Below are positions 24,818 through 39,070 of a stretch of 64,000 bases of DNA, in pieces (the stretch's first letter is position 1; every line of letters starts with the position of its first letter). The translations under genes and the position numbers were made by a program. Below the pieces are notes generated by a model. The model saw only the letters and a program-made list of their open reading frames with translations. It was not told the origin of the DNA and did no database searches. Source of the stretch: Nitrosopumilaceae archaeon. GTDB taxonomy: Archaea > Thermoproteota > Nitrososphaeria > Nitrososphaerales > Nitrosopumilaceae. Where the stretch lies: contig CBDBMG010000002.1 in NCBI GenBank assembly GCA_965207375.1, forward strand, positions 256,001-320,000, read 5' to 3'.

Positions 24818-25057
24818 CATTGTCACAGTTTATTTCATCAAATAAACAGCATTACTCCCTAAGATTAGTACATAGCAACATCATCACAGTTGATTTGATC
24901 AAATAATCAAGCATTGCTCCCTAAGATTACCACATAACAACATTGTCACAGTTGATTTCATCAAATAAACAAGCATTACTCGCCAAGATTAGCAAGTAGC
25001 AACATTGTCACAGTTGATTTCATCGAATAAACAAGCATTACTCTCCAAGATTAGCAC
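24818..25057. repeat. ~61-bp tandem repeat, 4 copies
   Basis: cattgtcacagttgatttcatcaaataaacaagcattactc..aagattag units. Confidence 0.92.
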
Positions 25058-26103
25058 ACTACCACCATATTTTGGTCTATCCCGTTGAGCAACAGCATCA
25101 TATCCTCACTATCCAATTGAGTCTAAGTGAGACAAAAAATGATGACGATACAGAGCACAGGCTCTGCTCAATTCTCCACATGCCTGACAAAGTGAGCATA
25201 CATTGCAATACAAAATATATTGAAGCACTCTCTTTGTTCTCCAGGTCATTTGGGAGAATATTCTCCAAAATTCTAATGGAAGAGAAGAAAAAGGCTAAAG
25301 AATCATTTAAAGACACATGTCCATTAATTTTCTTTTGAATGAATATATTTTGGGCCACGTGAACGAAATAACAGGTGTACAAGTCTTCGTTTCACATTAG
25401 TTTTGCATGTGTATACACTATTATAATAACCAACCATTCTCCTCTAACAAAATTTATTATCAATGTCTTTCCTAAATACTTTATACCACATCAGTATTTC
25501 TTTCTCAGTTTGCAGCTCTTGCTTCATTACATATTAAAAATGTTTTGTTATAAAATTGAAGATAAAATCAATAACAAGGCCAGCACTGTTTGCTGCATTT
25601 AGGGCAGCTCCAGTAGGGAGTTTATCTACCTAACTTTTTGTTAGCTACACGGACAAAAGTTTCATCCTTGCTATGACAGTAAATTATCATCTTGAACATA
25701 GAAAGTGATTCTATTGTAACCACAGTTACTAGTGCAGAAAATGGGTGTTCCTACTAGAGAATTCATGTAGCAGCTTCCAATGCTTGTAAGGATTCCCCAT
25801 CCTTTAAAATTACTCAAGAGTGCAAATTACTTGTACCAAATACTCAATGAAATTTTAAGCTAGGATTTTTACTGTAAAATATCTTTCACACAACTGTAAA
25901 GTTGCACTTGAGAAGTACGTACCATATGTACTGTAGATTTTGTTATAAGCAATCTAATGTATTTGTAATACCAAATCATTGTTTGATGAACATCAATACT
26001 ACACTATTTATTCAAGTGAATATTAACTGTCAGTTACAGTGAACAGTGAGGAATAATAATACCACTATTTGCTATATCTATACAAAGCTATATACATTTG
26101 ACA

Positions 26104-26343
26104 TATGTGACCAAATTTGCAGAACGGGTCTTATACATGCATTCAATTTTGCAAATTAGATGAGTCATAACTTTCTTTGTGATTATGCTATTACATTAAA
26201 ATTTTTATCCACATTAGTTTATTGACAGGAAAGTCCTCTCACAAAATTTCAAAGCTGTACCTCAACTACAAGCTGAGTTACACCTCCTTGAAGTTGGAAA
26301 ATCGGATGCATGTATAAGACCCCTTTTCGCAAATCCAGTCATA
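26104..26343. mobile_element. TATGTGAC-ended MITE
   Basis: Imperfect ~40-bp TIRs: tatgtgaccaaatttgc..gggtcttatacatgcat / atgcatgtataagaccc..gcaaatccagtcatata. Confidence 0.75.
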
Positions 26344-26346
26344 TAT

Positions 26347-27178
26347 GTAATAGTTATAACACAGGCAAGAGTGCTTTGCCTGATATATACGCACGATGCC
26401 CGGGGGGGTGCAGCGCCCGAGGGCGAGTGCGTATATATCAGGCAAAGCACGAGTGCCTGTGTTATAACTAATATATTCCACTTCCGGCACTCTCAAAATC
26501 TGCTCAAACTTGATGTTAGATGCTCAGCCGCTTTATATAGTAACAGATACTGGTTGTGATTGTGGGACAATGTTTTAACGTTTCTATGACGTTTTAAGGT
26601 ATTAATTTCGATTATGGGAATTATACAACACTTCATATTACAATGTATAACGGCTGTCACTAGCTAAAAATATCGTCAAAAGAATACAAAAATGATGGTA
26701 AGAAACTATTCTATATATAATTAAGAAATTTGGCGATGCTTAGTATATCGTGTATACATATAGCGCTCTTTATATAGAACACAAAGAACTAACCTCAAAT
26801 ACTCTTCTTTTGACCTCTAATATTCTCTTAACAATCAATAGAACAATAATAAAACAATATTCAAGACCAATATTAAGCTTTACTAAACCAATGAAATAGA
26901 CAAACATAAAATTTGAAATCCACAATCGAAACCAATTTGTGTTACTATATAAAGAATGGCACTTTCATGTCTTATATCAAAGTATTTTAAGGAAGTTGTG
27001 AAATTTTTTAACGAGATTAAGTGTGCGATATTTTTTATATCGCACACGTAAGTGTGCGTTATTTTTTATATCGCACACTTAAGTGTGCGTTATTTTTTAT
27101 ATCGCACACTTAGGTGTGCGATATGAGATTTATACACTGGCTTTTCCCTTTTATCTGAGGTGTCAAAGTGGTATATAT
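26347..27178. mobile_element. Hairpin-type non-autonomous element with internal palindromic tandem repeat
   Basis: 120-bp palindrome 26351-26470 with GC-rich loop; second IR ccactt..g.cac / gtg.c.aagtgg; ~31-bp aagtgtgcg..tatcgcacac repeats at 27019-27123. Confidence 0.7.
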
Positions 27179-27331
27179 ATATACATACAGTACAGTTATG
27201 AACTGAATAAGTAATTAATTTATAACAAAAAAATTGATATAAATTTCTATTAAAATTTTCTACTGTATATACATACCGTAAATAGTTTTGATTATTAATA
27301 TTTTATTGACTATTAATATTTTATTGTCAAT

Positions 27332-27841
27332 TAGGGGTGGAACAAAGCCTTTAAACCTTCGAATGTTAAACAAACTTCAAAGGGTAAAACTCCTTTGAAG
27401 CTTCATAACATGCTACACACTAATATTATGTACAAATAATATTGGTTTTCTTGATTGCAGCAGCCTGTACTTCTTGATGCTCGTGTGCCACGCCTACTTT
27501 TAAATCAAAAAATTGGCTTTTTGGTGAAGTACAAGCTTTAAAACACCTTATTTAGCGATAGTTAATGCATAGAAAACATCATTTATCCTTTAGTTAGCAT
27601 TTAGTTATGCATGATAGCTGTACGAACATGTCCATATTTGTGATCGATTGATCGCATAATTTTGTACTGCTGTTACAAGTTAACCAAATAGTATAAACTT
27701 ATAAAATAAGATTAGAAAGTTGAAATGCTTTAGCATGATATGGATAAATACAAAATCCATTTTGTACCAAAGCTTCGAACCTTTGGTTTATTTTATTAAC
27801 GAAGGTTCAAAGGGTAAATTTTAACCTTTGTTTCAGCTGTA
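27332..27841. mobile_element. hAT-type MITE
   Basis: taggggtggaacaaag / ctttgtttcagctgta; near-TSD ttgtcaat / ttgacaat. Confidence 0.6.
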
Positions 27842-28799
27842 TTGACAATATATCACTCAACCCATGCTCATTTCTTAATGCATTCATTTACTGAAATTTG
27901 TACCGCACGTGCAGCACATTGCAATATCATGTACCAAGTAATTTTTGCTTTGCATAGTTTAATGATTGTGGTCCCAGTATGTGAACTGTTATAATCACAT
28001 GCATAGCTGATTTTAACAGTTGATGACTGGCTTGCTACAATTATCACTGGGCAACATTTTTGAGGATTCAATTTTTTGTGGATTTTTAGTGATCTTCATT
28101 GATTCTCCGCTTTAATACCATAGTCTAGTACCTTGCATGAAATATTTTGAAAGTCTATAAACCTTAAAATTTAGTCTCCTCAAAAATGTCTACCTACAGT
28201 ACTACTGATCTAAGAAGTATACATTACTAGCTACCATTTATAGCTAGCTACTGAGTGCAAGTATAAAACTATGTGTATAACCGTGCTGTTGTATTACTCA
28301 TCAAGCACATTCGATATTTTGTGTTCTAAATTGGATTTTTATTAACAGTAGTTGAAAATGTTAACATTGTATCAACATTACATATCACCTTCATCAATGC
28401 ATCAATTAGCTTTTTTGCACTTACATAAGTACTAAAATCGGTGAAACATAAGCTTGCATTTTATAACCTTATATTTTTGAGTTTTGATGACATTTTCTGT
28501 GTTCTTCTGGCTACAGAAGCTGAGACAATGAATTAATAAAAGTTGAATAAAAACTAAACTATATTGTGTTATGGAATTTTATACAGTAATCTCTGAGTAT
28601 TGTAGCATCCCTATTAAATAGAGTGTTTGTTTGTTTGTTTGTAAACATGATTTGGTGGTACAAGTGCGATTGAAAAAGATGTGACTGGATTTGCAAAATC
28701 CAATCCATTTTATTGCTTGATATTGTGGCCACACTCAAGTATTATCCAGACACACCGACAATAATGGCCCATTACCTTTCTATGTTATAAACAGGCTTT

Positions 28800-29470
28800 T
28801 CATTACATCTGGATACCTTTTGATTAAACTGCCAGTTTAAATCAGACACTGTTGGTATACTGATTGAGGAATTTTGTAGAGTATCCTTTTTGAGAAGGTT
28901 ATGCTTGCACTTTAAATTGAAAACATAAAGCGACTCAGCTCACGAGTTGTTACATAAGTATCATTTCATCACTCCAACAGCCACACATTTACTGATTCCT
29001 GGGGCATGGTATGAGGTAGTATGCCAAACGGTTTGTTGGTTTAACGTGTGTTTTTATTAATTTAAAATTGTGTCCCTTAAACATATTGAAAAGTAGTTTT
29101 GTCAGAATTTTATTCAAATGTAAATTTGATTAGGCTTAAGAATAATAATTGTGAAAATATTTGGAAGGAATAATAGGTGAATTTTTGGCTCAAGCTTAAA
29201 TTTGTTTGATGGGTGGTATCTATTAAGGGAAGTTGAGTACAGTAGTTGAATGTAGCCAGAGGATGAAAATTTCCCTATTTAGCATTTGTAGTAAGTTAGT
29301 TTGAGAGGGGTGGAGTTAAGGATAATTTACTTGACAAATGCCGGGGCTAGTTTTGTATCCATAGCGGTCCCTTGTTATTGTACATAGCTTTTGTCGTTAA
29401 ATTCAAATGTATTGCTTTTAAGATAATCTCGAGAAGGGTAATTAATGTTTTTGTATCGAGCTGGTCAGGA
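28800..29470 (-). pseudogene. Penelope-like RT remnant
   Basis: Manual translation ILKSNTFEFNDKSYVQ*QGTAMDTKLAPAF matches the PLE GTAMG..AP motif; LLKKGYS downstream. Confidence 0.55.
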
Positions 29471-31599
29471 TTGTTGGGGGAAGAGCCACCAGCTGCTTTT
29501 AAGCCATGCTTTGGATCATTGTCATGTTGCAGACCTGTGGAAAACCTCTCTCTAATAAATGGAAGTAAGCCTACTTCTAATACAGTTCCAGGTGTTGAAC
29601 ATTGATAATTCCAGTGAATATTATGACATTGATTGCTCCTTTGGTTGATATGCCCTCCCTAAATATGAACTTTTACAGGATGTTTTGCTTCCTGTTTGAG
29701 ATGTATTGGTTGTAAGTGTTTCCTAAAACACAGGTGGCTATGGTTCTCTAGTTGCACTGTACACCTTTTGTGAAAATGACATATTAAAATTTCTCATTCG
29801 CTCTTAATTGTCTTGCACCACAATAATCTCTTTTGTTCAGCTGAAAGAGTATACATAAACATCATGATTGTGTGATAGTGTGGAGCAAAAGAATTATATG
29901 TTGTTGATTTTTATCAATGACATAGGCAGCAGAATTTAAGATTCAAATTCAATTTTTGCAATAGAAAATCACTAAGTGGCCCCATAACTTTCTCCGCCAC
30001 TGATCATTGATATGCTACGTTTGTATACATTCTACAAGCGTAGCATAATTATTAGCATTCATTAATTATTTCCTGGTGATGCTACATTTATTTATAACAG
30101 TTAGAACTCTTAATATTTCATACGATTACGTAATCTAATTTATGTACTAGTTTACAGTACACTACAGGTAGCATACTCTCTGTACCCCGAGAATATACAA
30201 TCTGACAATAGTGTAGCCTTGTGCACACCCATCCAATTTGTTTCCGGATGCGTTTAATTGTTGGAATAGATACTTGAAGATCAGGCCACTTCTCTGTTGA
30301 AAAGACAGGGGCTGTTGAGCAGTGAGCTCATCGTTTTCTGTTAGTGCATCGTTAAACATCTGTAACATTGCTTCTGTTAACTTTCTAACCCTTGCTCTTT
30401 GAGGAAGATCTCGTTTCTCAATATTTCCTGATGAGATTAATAATAGTAATGTTCTCTTCATTGATGTGCTTCATAATATCAGAAACAGATTTAACAGAGT
30501 AACCTAAACCCTCTACAACCAGTATCCTTTTTCTTGTAGAGATGTCCAAACAAGTCAAAGCAGGAATAACATGGACACATGAAACTTATCTGCTGGTATG
30601 AATTGCACTTGCTGTACAAGCAATCATTACGAGCACTCACTAAGTGAACTAATTGTCCTGAGCGTTTTGAATTTATTTGAACAAAACTGTACATTTACAT
30701 GTGTGTTGGATTGACATAACTTGCATGTTCCACACCTGTGAGCGTCAAGTTAGATTTGAGCTGTACCATAGTGATATCTTAGTAATACAGATTGTTTAAT
30801 TGTTCTTTGGAACAGATTTTCTGCCATTGAATAGTGATTTAAATACAGAATTAACATGATGTGTATGTAAAATTTTAACATCACTTTTCTTAAGTGGATT
30901 AATAATAAAACACAGTGATAATCATGTGCAATCAAGCAAACAAAAATACTACTCTAATTAGTGCAACACAAATAATTCATTTGAGCATGTTATCAACTGT
31001 TATCCACCCCAGTGTGTATGAACAAACTGAATAAATGACCCCTAGTAGCTATGTATCAGAACTCCACATGTGTGATGACTTAGGACTGTCTCCAATTTTA
31101 CAACAGCTTAGTATTAAAAATATTTGAGAGTCCATGTCAGGGGTTTTTCGCAACTGGTTCCACTTTTCTCTTTATCCTTGTGGTCGATGTGAGGTTCTTC
31201 ATAATTGCAATTGCTAAAATATATGTATTGATTCTATCAATTATCAAAATGAATATTGTAGTATCTTACTAGTCAGAATTAGAGTTTCATCTTTGAAAGG
31301 GTCAAATTTTCCTTCAGTGAAAAGTTGTTTCAGCTCTCCCTTGCTTCCTATGCCATAAAATTATCGGTGGTATTATAAATGATACAGTTATGAAATTATG
31401 AAGAGCGTTCAGGAACACTTGTAGTTGGCTCATACCTTTGTATACGATATCTCCTTCATAGTATTCACGGTTAAATGTCACCATCCTTAACATCCTTTAG
31501 CTCTGACTCTCTTAATATGCTTACGGAATAAAGTTCTACATGGAAGCTTCACTCGGCCAGCTGAAGTTCTATTTGACATGGCATGAATTTTCCAATTGG

Positions 31600-33749
31600 G
31601 TGGTGGCACTTCCAGGACTCATCCAGAAGTAAAGATGTTGTGAAGGTTTTCACTGCACTCTTTGAGAATTTTATGATACTCACATCGTTCTGACCTTGGA
31701 ACTGACCTTGGACTTGATAATAATATTTGTGTGTGGTCTTCAGAGAAAATTTTCTGTTGCTGTATCGTAGAAAGAAAGTTGATGATTTAAGTTCAGGCTT
31801 GGTACATAGATCTACTAGAGAAACCTTCTCACCACGAGCAGTGCATTTGATTTCCAGTAGCCCACAAGGATTAGCAGGGTCACTGCAGTCTAAAACCAAG
31901 CCGTCTGGTGAAGCTGCCAACCAATTGTCCTATTGTAAAGTCAGTGCAATATAAACATCCCATGCATAATATTTCTTACCAAGCAGTCTATATGCAGTCC
32001 AGTCTTGCTCACAAAAACTGTTCTGTTGTATTCATCACGTTACTTGGCAATGTATGCTTCACAAGCAACAGGTTCGTTGTCATGACCATACTGCATTGCA
32101 GGTGTTACACACCATTTACCATACAGAAGCCTAGTAACCAGAGGTGTGACAGATGTTGATTTCCTTCTCTTAGCAATATCACCAAAAGAGGAAGCAGTTA
32201 GACGTTTACGACGGAGCATCATCCATTCACCTGATTCATCATCAGCTTGTTCAGCAGTCATCTCACTGATTTCCTCAATCTGTTTGGTAGTCTTCCGTAT
32301 TCTCTCAAGGTGTTCCAGACACAACTGGAATAATTCAATTTGAGGAATATCTGTTTCTGCTGGTAAACTGCCATAAGAGGAATCTGGTGAGTTGACTACT
32401 GAAGAGTCATAACGTGCTTCAAGCCTCTGTTTTTGTATTTCAGACAAACTACCCTTGCTGAGTCACGATCATGCTTCCACTTCCTTCTGATAGTGAACTG
32501 ATTAGATAGTTCTAAGTTGTCACTGAGACCCATGGATCGAAGTACAGTGGTGGTCCAACCAGACCCATGTTGTATTCGCAATGCACCAGCCATGCACCTG
32601 TGTTGGAAGGATCCTGATTGGATCTGATTAAAGTACTTCCCTCCGTCCATCTTGCACCTGTGCAAAAGTTTAACATTAAGTTTATTTGCTAAATGTATGT
32701 AAGTTATCTGATGGACATAAAATTCTCTGTTATATTTGTTGTCTTACGTATTCTGAATTAGCTACCGAGCTTTTGAAACCAACCGGTCTACAGCAGACTC
32801 GACGTCATGAAGGAAAGAAGGAGGCAGTTTAGATAGAAGTGATGAACCTAAACACAGATTTAGTATGCATAATTTTATTAATTTTGCATTACTTGTGTCT
32901 GCTGTGTGCTTGCAAAACGATGATCTACACTGTTGATGGTCACCAAAGCAATGTCGTATACCATTTCGCAAGTCATGATGAAGTGCAGCAACATCTCCAG
33001 TAGTACTGAGCATCTTAGTTACGTAGCGAGCACCATGAGTAATTAACTCTCTTCATCCTGATTGCATAAAGTCCATACCGTCCTTGATATTTTGGATGAT
33101 TCTTACATAGTACTTCAAGGCGGTTCTGGTAACATTTAATGGCATGGTTGACACACTCAACTTTTTGCACAAAGCGACCATACGAAAGTACTCCAGTTAC
33201 CACTGCATGGTATACAGAGCTGTCACCATCCCCGATGAACCACAGATATCTAACTCTATGGATCTGTTCTGATACTGGAAGCCTTCACAAATGATGTCTG
33301 CTTCCATGGCACATGAACTACCCCTCCAGTTCCGATGACACTAATGGGATGGAGGAGGTGAGTTTTTCTGTTCACTTATGGCACAAACGGAGCAATACTT
33401 GTTTCTCACTCCTATGAACAATAACTTCTTGGTGGCAGCTCCAAATATTACTCCAACATCAGATTTGGCGTTATATGAGTGTTTGTGAGATCTTTTACTC
33501 CAACTACTGTCCACCACAACAGTAATTGCAGGCACTCCTTCATGATATTGACTGTTTGCTATTGCTAAGTCTCTCTCCTCCTTGCCAGCAATTAGTAAGT
33601 TCTCACTCACAAGTTCTCAAACACAGCTCCTAGGTGACGTTCTAACTGAATAAAAGTAGCTTTGGTGACTGATGGGATTTGCATGCAAGCAAATAGATCT
33701 TCTAAATGTTCAGCTCCTTCATCAGTAGCAACCTACTGATGAAGCATAT
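31600..33749 (-). pseudogene. Mutator-like/Kolobok-type DDE transposase fused to YqaJ (lambda-exonuclease-like PD-(D/E)XK) nuclease; broken
   Basis: VVVDSSWSKRSHKHSYNA, GVRNKYCSVC, NWRGSS.AMEADII.EGF, FIGDGDSS, KVECVNH; then RLTASSFG, AMQYG..NE, AASPDGLV..LLEIKC, YYYQVQGQ. Confidence 0.88.
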
Positions 33750-33983
33750 CAGCATGTCTATAATACTCCTTTGTACCAAAATAGAATCTTTCACCACCAA
33801 CTGCAGTGTGTGTATTGTACAGCCAACAGCTGCCAATCCACATTTCCTAATGCCTGCTACCATGTTTGCTGCATTATCACGAACTATAGTGTGTACTCTT
33901 GACTTGTCAATACTCCATCCATCTAGCAGCTTTGAAATCATTTCTGATATGGCATCTGCAGTATGGGACCCTGGAAAATGACA
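33750..33983. repeat. 234-bp copy of the hAT transposase interior (14982-15215)
   Basis: Identical by eye, same orientation. Confidence 0.95.
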
Positions 33984-33995
33984 TTATACATGATA

Positions 33996-35621
33996 TTTAT
34001 ACAATTATATGTGTACATTCATGTGTATTGTATATCAGAGTTCATAATTATTACAGAGGAGTGTCCTACTCTGTAATAGCCTGTAGCTACAAACTTTTGC
34101 CGTATAGCTAGCCATTTGTCAAAACCATTTTGAGTTGGAAAATTTTAACAATTAGAGTGCAAAATGGGTATTTGCTGAAAACTTTTCACAGTTGCGTGCT
34201 TGTAGACACTTGCTTTACCACTGTTAATAATCTATGATAAGGCCAATCCACAAGGTCATGTGTAAGAAGATGTGTTGGCACTTCTCGCACGGAAGACAGC
34301 CAGGTCCTTACTGATAACATTAGCAATTCCATTTACTGCAATGTATATCACACAACTAATGCCTTTCGAGTAGCTAGGTGTTACTTTTGGAGAGGGAGAA
34401 TGCTTCATGCTCACTCCTTACCAGCTTTCAACACTGCCGTTACATCCTCATTAGCTAATTCAATAGCTCTATGATCAACATATTCACTCAATCAACCATT
34501 TGAATGAGGAAGAGGAGGTAGTTTTCAATAGCCTTCTTTTTCTTTGTATTTTGACCAGCCTTCTTTTTCTTTGTATTTTGAACAGCCTTCTTTTTCTTTG
34601 TATTTTGAACAGCCTTAGTCACTGCAGTCCTGCTGGGAGTCTAGGCATAAGTTAAAACATTTTCTCCAACTGATACATATTTTAAATAACAAATACAAAA
34701 GGATCTTTGGAATGCCATGTGGTATACTGGTACGAAATATTAGGGTTTACTTGTAAATAATCTACAGAAAAACATTTATAATTCTTGTTGCAACGTACAT
34801 ATAATCTTATATTATAACTAGCTAGTTACTTTGTTTATACAATTATATGTGCACATTCATGTGTATTGTATATCAGAGTTCATAATTATTACAGAGGAGT
34901 GTCCTACTCTGTAATAGCCTGTAGCTACAAACTTTTGCCGTATGGCTAGCCATTTGTCAAAACCATTTTAAGTTGGAAAATTTTAACAATTAGAGTGCAA
35001 AATGGGTATTTGCTGAAAACTTTTCACAGTTGCGTGCTTGTAGACACTTGCTTTACCACTGTTAATAATCTATGATAAGGCCAATCCACAAGGTTATGTG
35101 TAAGAACATGTGTTGGCACTTCTCGCACGGAAGACAGCCAGGTCCTTACTGATAACATTAGCAATTCCATTTACTGCAATGTATATCACACAACTAATGC
35201 CTTTCGAGTAGCTAGGTGTTACTTTTGGAGAGGGAGAATGCTTCATGCTCACTCCTTACCAGCTTTCAACACTGCCGTTACATCCTCATTAGCTAATTCA
35301 ATAGCTCTATGATCAACATATTCACTCAATCAACCATTTGAATGAGGAAGAGGAGGTAGTTTTCAATAGCCTTCTTTTTCTTTGTATTTTGACCAGCCTT
35401 CTTTTTCTTTGTATTTTGAACAGCCTTCTTTTTCTTTGTATTTTGAACAGCCTTAGTCACTGCAGTCCTGCTGGGAGTCTAGGCATAAGTTAAAACATTT
35501 TCTCCAACTGATACATATTTTAAATAACAAATACAAAAGGATCTTTGGAATGCCATGTGGTATACTGGTACGAAATATTAGGGTTTACTTGTAAATAATC
35601 TACAGAAAAACATTTATAATT
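33996..35621. repeat. Recent tandem duplication: 33996-34783 and 34834-35621 (period 838 bp), each with a 27-bp x3 repeat
   Basis: Only a handful of substitutions between the copies. Confidence 0.97.
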
Positions 35622-37312
35622 GAGTGAAAAATCATGAAACCCAATGATGCATTTCAAAGTTATTGTATACACAACAGCAATAGTCATGTACCTTTGAAGG
35701 GCTAATTGATCATGTGACAATCTAAAATATTGCTATTTGTTTATTTCATAAAATGGAGCTCTTGACAGAAAGGTATTGAAATATCCCAAGATTTTGATGT
35801 TTTTGCCTGAAGATTCGTCACTAAAGTAAATTGATAACTGCACTGGCAAAACATTATCAGAGTCGCGTACTGCAGCTGAAACTGGTCATCAGACTCGTAT
35901 TTTGCTGCAAAAGAAATGAAGTCTGCAATACATTTCTAGCTATATGGCAATATATCGATACACTGATCAAGTATCGTATCGTGATACTGTGCTCCATAAA
36001 TATTGAAATATCAAAATGTCTTATAGTACTGAGTGGTGCACGTCTTATGTTGTTAATATAATATTTTGTGTATTTAAAGTTGAAGGTAAACATTCTATAT
36101 ATATTTGTCAGAAAAGTAACAGATTACTTATATTAGGTGTAATTGTATACTAATAACCAGATAGCTGATGTAAATTCAACTTGTGGGTTACTTATAGCCT
36201 TGCTTTAATTGATTTTTGAAAGATTTAAGGTATAAATAATGGCATATCATTACCCTTGTTGCAATTAAGAGTATCGTGATACAGTATCATATCGAACAGC
36301 TTAACTGTGGTGATACATGATACCAAGAGTCCATAATAGAGAGGAGAGTATCTAACTTCTATATACACTATCAAAAATGAGCCCGTTAAGTAGACTACTT
36401 TTATCTCGTTTATCAAAGAAAAGTGTTTATAGCGCCGTCTGTCACGCGCAGGCCCCAAGTCATTTGCGCTTCACGTAGATTACGGCGCGCGTCTTTGTCA
36501 TGGTAGCAAAAGTTATTCTATAGCGGTGAAACGGTCGGCACAGTTTCACTGCTCGTTTCGATGACAGGCTCGACGGGTTGTGTGGATGGCGAGTTATTAC
36601 CCACAGCGATTTCCGGATTTAGAATATCGTCGCCAAATTCGACGACAGGGCTGAGCCGAGTCCAATTCATTATCGCCACAGCGAGCTTGGTAACGCTCGC
36701 TCCTATGCACAAATATTTTCTGTATGCACGTGTTCAATGTGCCATAAACTCACAATGCGGCTACGGAGCGGCTTGTTCCAAAGGTGACGATTATCTTTGT
36801 TAATGTTGTCATTGGTGACTAGCTACATACACAAGCTAATCTTAGCCCCCCCGTCCACAGATGGAGGTGTGGTTTGGTAGGGTGTACACAGTCCCAGGAT
36901 TCCCACAGCATCAACCTCTATTTGTTAGGAATCCCTAATTGATGCCTTTTTTCTTGTTAGGTACCCATATTTCTTGTACGCTTGGGGGATAAAATATTTT
37001 GGGGTGTTTTAAATTCCTAATTTGTTCTTAAAATACCACGAAAATATTAAAGGCCACAGAAAGGCTAGCCAATTCGGCAAGCCTTTCCCCCCAAGCATTA
37101 TAAAGCCCATACTGTACTAGTGAACTATTAAAGACTAACAATAACTGGTTCAGAAATTGATTAGTAATGTGTGATTCACAGTTGTGCAGTGCCAATATAA
37201 TGTACAAAGTTGCAGATGGTGTGGAATAGGGGTAGTTAGTTAATTACATATATGGTACATATTGGTAGCTAGAGTGAGTATGCATAGAGTAATGATTTGG
37301 TATGTACGTAGC

Positions 37313-38111
37313 TACGGTACAGCTCAATTTAAACTTGAAGCACACGTGCGGGTGACACACGTGTATTTCGTAGCTCGTCTCGAGTATTTTTCAAATTTGT
37401 GCGTGTCTGTAGACAACTGCACAAGAATTTCGCGAGCCATACACGCACGTATGACGTCGCCTAACATGCTCGTGTACGTACGTGCATGGACGCACGTTAC
37501 AATCCACGCACATTCACTAAGGAATTTCGATCGCCACCAGTAACTCTGTTCAGTGTGCAAGCGCACGAGACGACAATCCTAACGTGCACGTTCGTCAAAC
37601 TTACGTGCACGGTTTAAAGATGGTCCGTTCATGATGGATTGCGTGCAATGACTTTGTTCTCTTGTGGATGTTCCATTTCTTCTGTTCGTAAAAGGCTCAT
37701 AGACTGAGGGACAACAACTTCAACTGACACATGTTACTGCGCCATTAATTAGAATCACCGATCCACGTGATGCGGACAGATGTAGGAGGGCGTGCGAAGT
37801 GTCCTTATTGATGCAGTTTAAGTTTCAGCCAGTTACAAAGTACGTACGTCCATATGGTACAGCTTTATATTGTTTTATTGTTATCCCTAGTCGAGTAACA
37901 GGTTCATTCACGTTACGAGCTAAATGCACGCCGAGATACACGCGTCTCGAGTGCAATACTCGTAACGAGTGTTGTTACTCTCCACGGGCGGTTTATACGT
38001 CATTAATCTCCAGTGCGCTCGCGAGCACGTAGCGAATATTTCTATTCTCGTGCAGTGCGCGTGAAGTTGCACACGCGTGTGTTCTTAAAGTTTAAATCGA
38101 GCTGTACCGTA
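37313..38111. mobile_element. CpG-rich MITE with TACGGTACAGCTC TIRs, abutting the YR remnant
   Basis: tacggtacagctcaatttaaactt / aagtttaaatcgagctgtaccgta (1 mismatch); related ends at ~30770 and ~37853. Confidence 0.8.
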
Positions 38112-39070
38112 GGTCTTGAGTTGCGATGCAAGTGTACTTGAGAACTTCACTAGTTCAGAGGGAGCCATACGAATATAGCTTTGGTAGGTGTCACTGCGCC
38201 AGCGGCCAAGTGTCTTAATGTTGCTGTCTGAGTTGTCTACCTGCTTTGCGGAGGTGGCCGCCCCTATTCGAAAACTTTGGGTATTGAAGGAATGTACAGG
38301 TAAACCTATGTCCGTGAGAATGGCTGTCAATACTGAACTGAAATAGGGTCTTGTATCAGCTTTATTGTGATCTGTAAGGAATAAGGGTCCTGGCTGTGCC
38401 CCCCTTACTGCCAAGTATGCCAGGATGGCGCTCACAGGGCAGACCACACGGTCAGTTCATCCCAATGAAAGCTTTACACCTTTTCTAAATGGGTCAGTTT
38501 TTGATTGTTTGATGTGGATCTGTATCATACGTGGGTTATTTTACAGTCTACAGCCACATCAGCATAGGATAAGTGGACATTGGGGTCATATTCAGTTTCC
38601 TTGGGGACAGTGAATTCGCTGCATCTTAAAAAACCAAAAAATGCGGTGCATCATATTGCCCACATTAAAATATTGTTGTAATCGTGAGGACACTTCAATA
38701 GGTGTTCCTTGATCTGTTGCATTATCTGAATTGTAATAGGCAGGCGTACCCTGGCAGGTAGTCTGGAGGATTGATCTCTCTTTATTCCATGGAGTACTTA
38801 TTCCAATCGCGGAGTAAGTTGATTAGCAAAGTGATGATGCTGTCCTGACATTATGTGGAGGTTGCGAATGGCAGAGATGTAAACTTTTATAGTAGAATGC
38901 ATAATGTTGTGCTTGGCTAAATATGATGCAAATGAGAGCAGGGTGAATTCTGTTGATGGGAGTGCAGTAAGGTAATGTTGAGAGCAGAAGTGGATGTATC
39001 TCTGTTGACCAACATGGTAGAGTTTCTAAGTGGAGGGAGCTAGGCCTCTTTGATAATAGAAATAAATAGT
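38112..39070 (-). pseudogene. DIRS/Ngaro tyrosine recombinase remnant
   Basis: GLAPST, TIKVYISAIRNLH, RLPIT, AFFGFLRCSEFT, SKTDPFRKG, CPVSAILAYL..RG..PGPLF, SFRIGAATSA, LGRWRSD.Y..YIR. Confidence 0.88.

Noticed and set aside
30162-30461. Possible Tc1/mariner-like HTH fragment
   Set aside because: Too degraded; no catalytic domain or TIR pair found to support a call.
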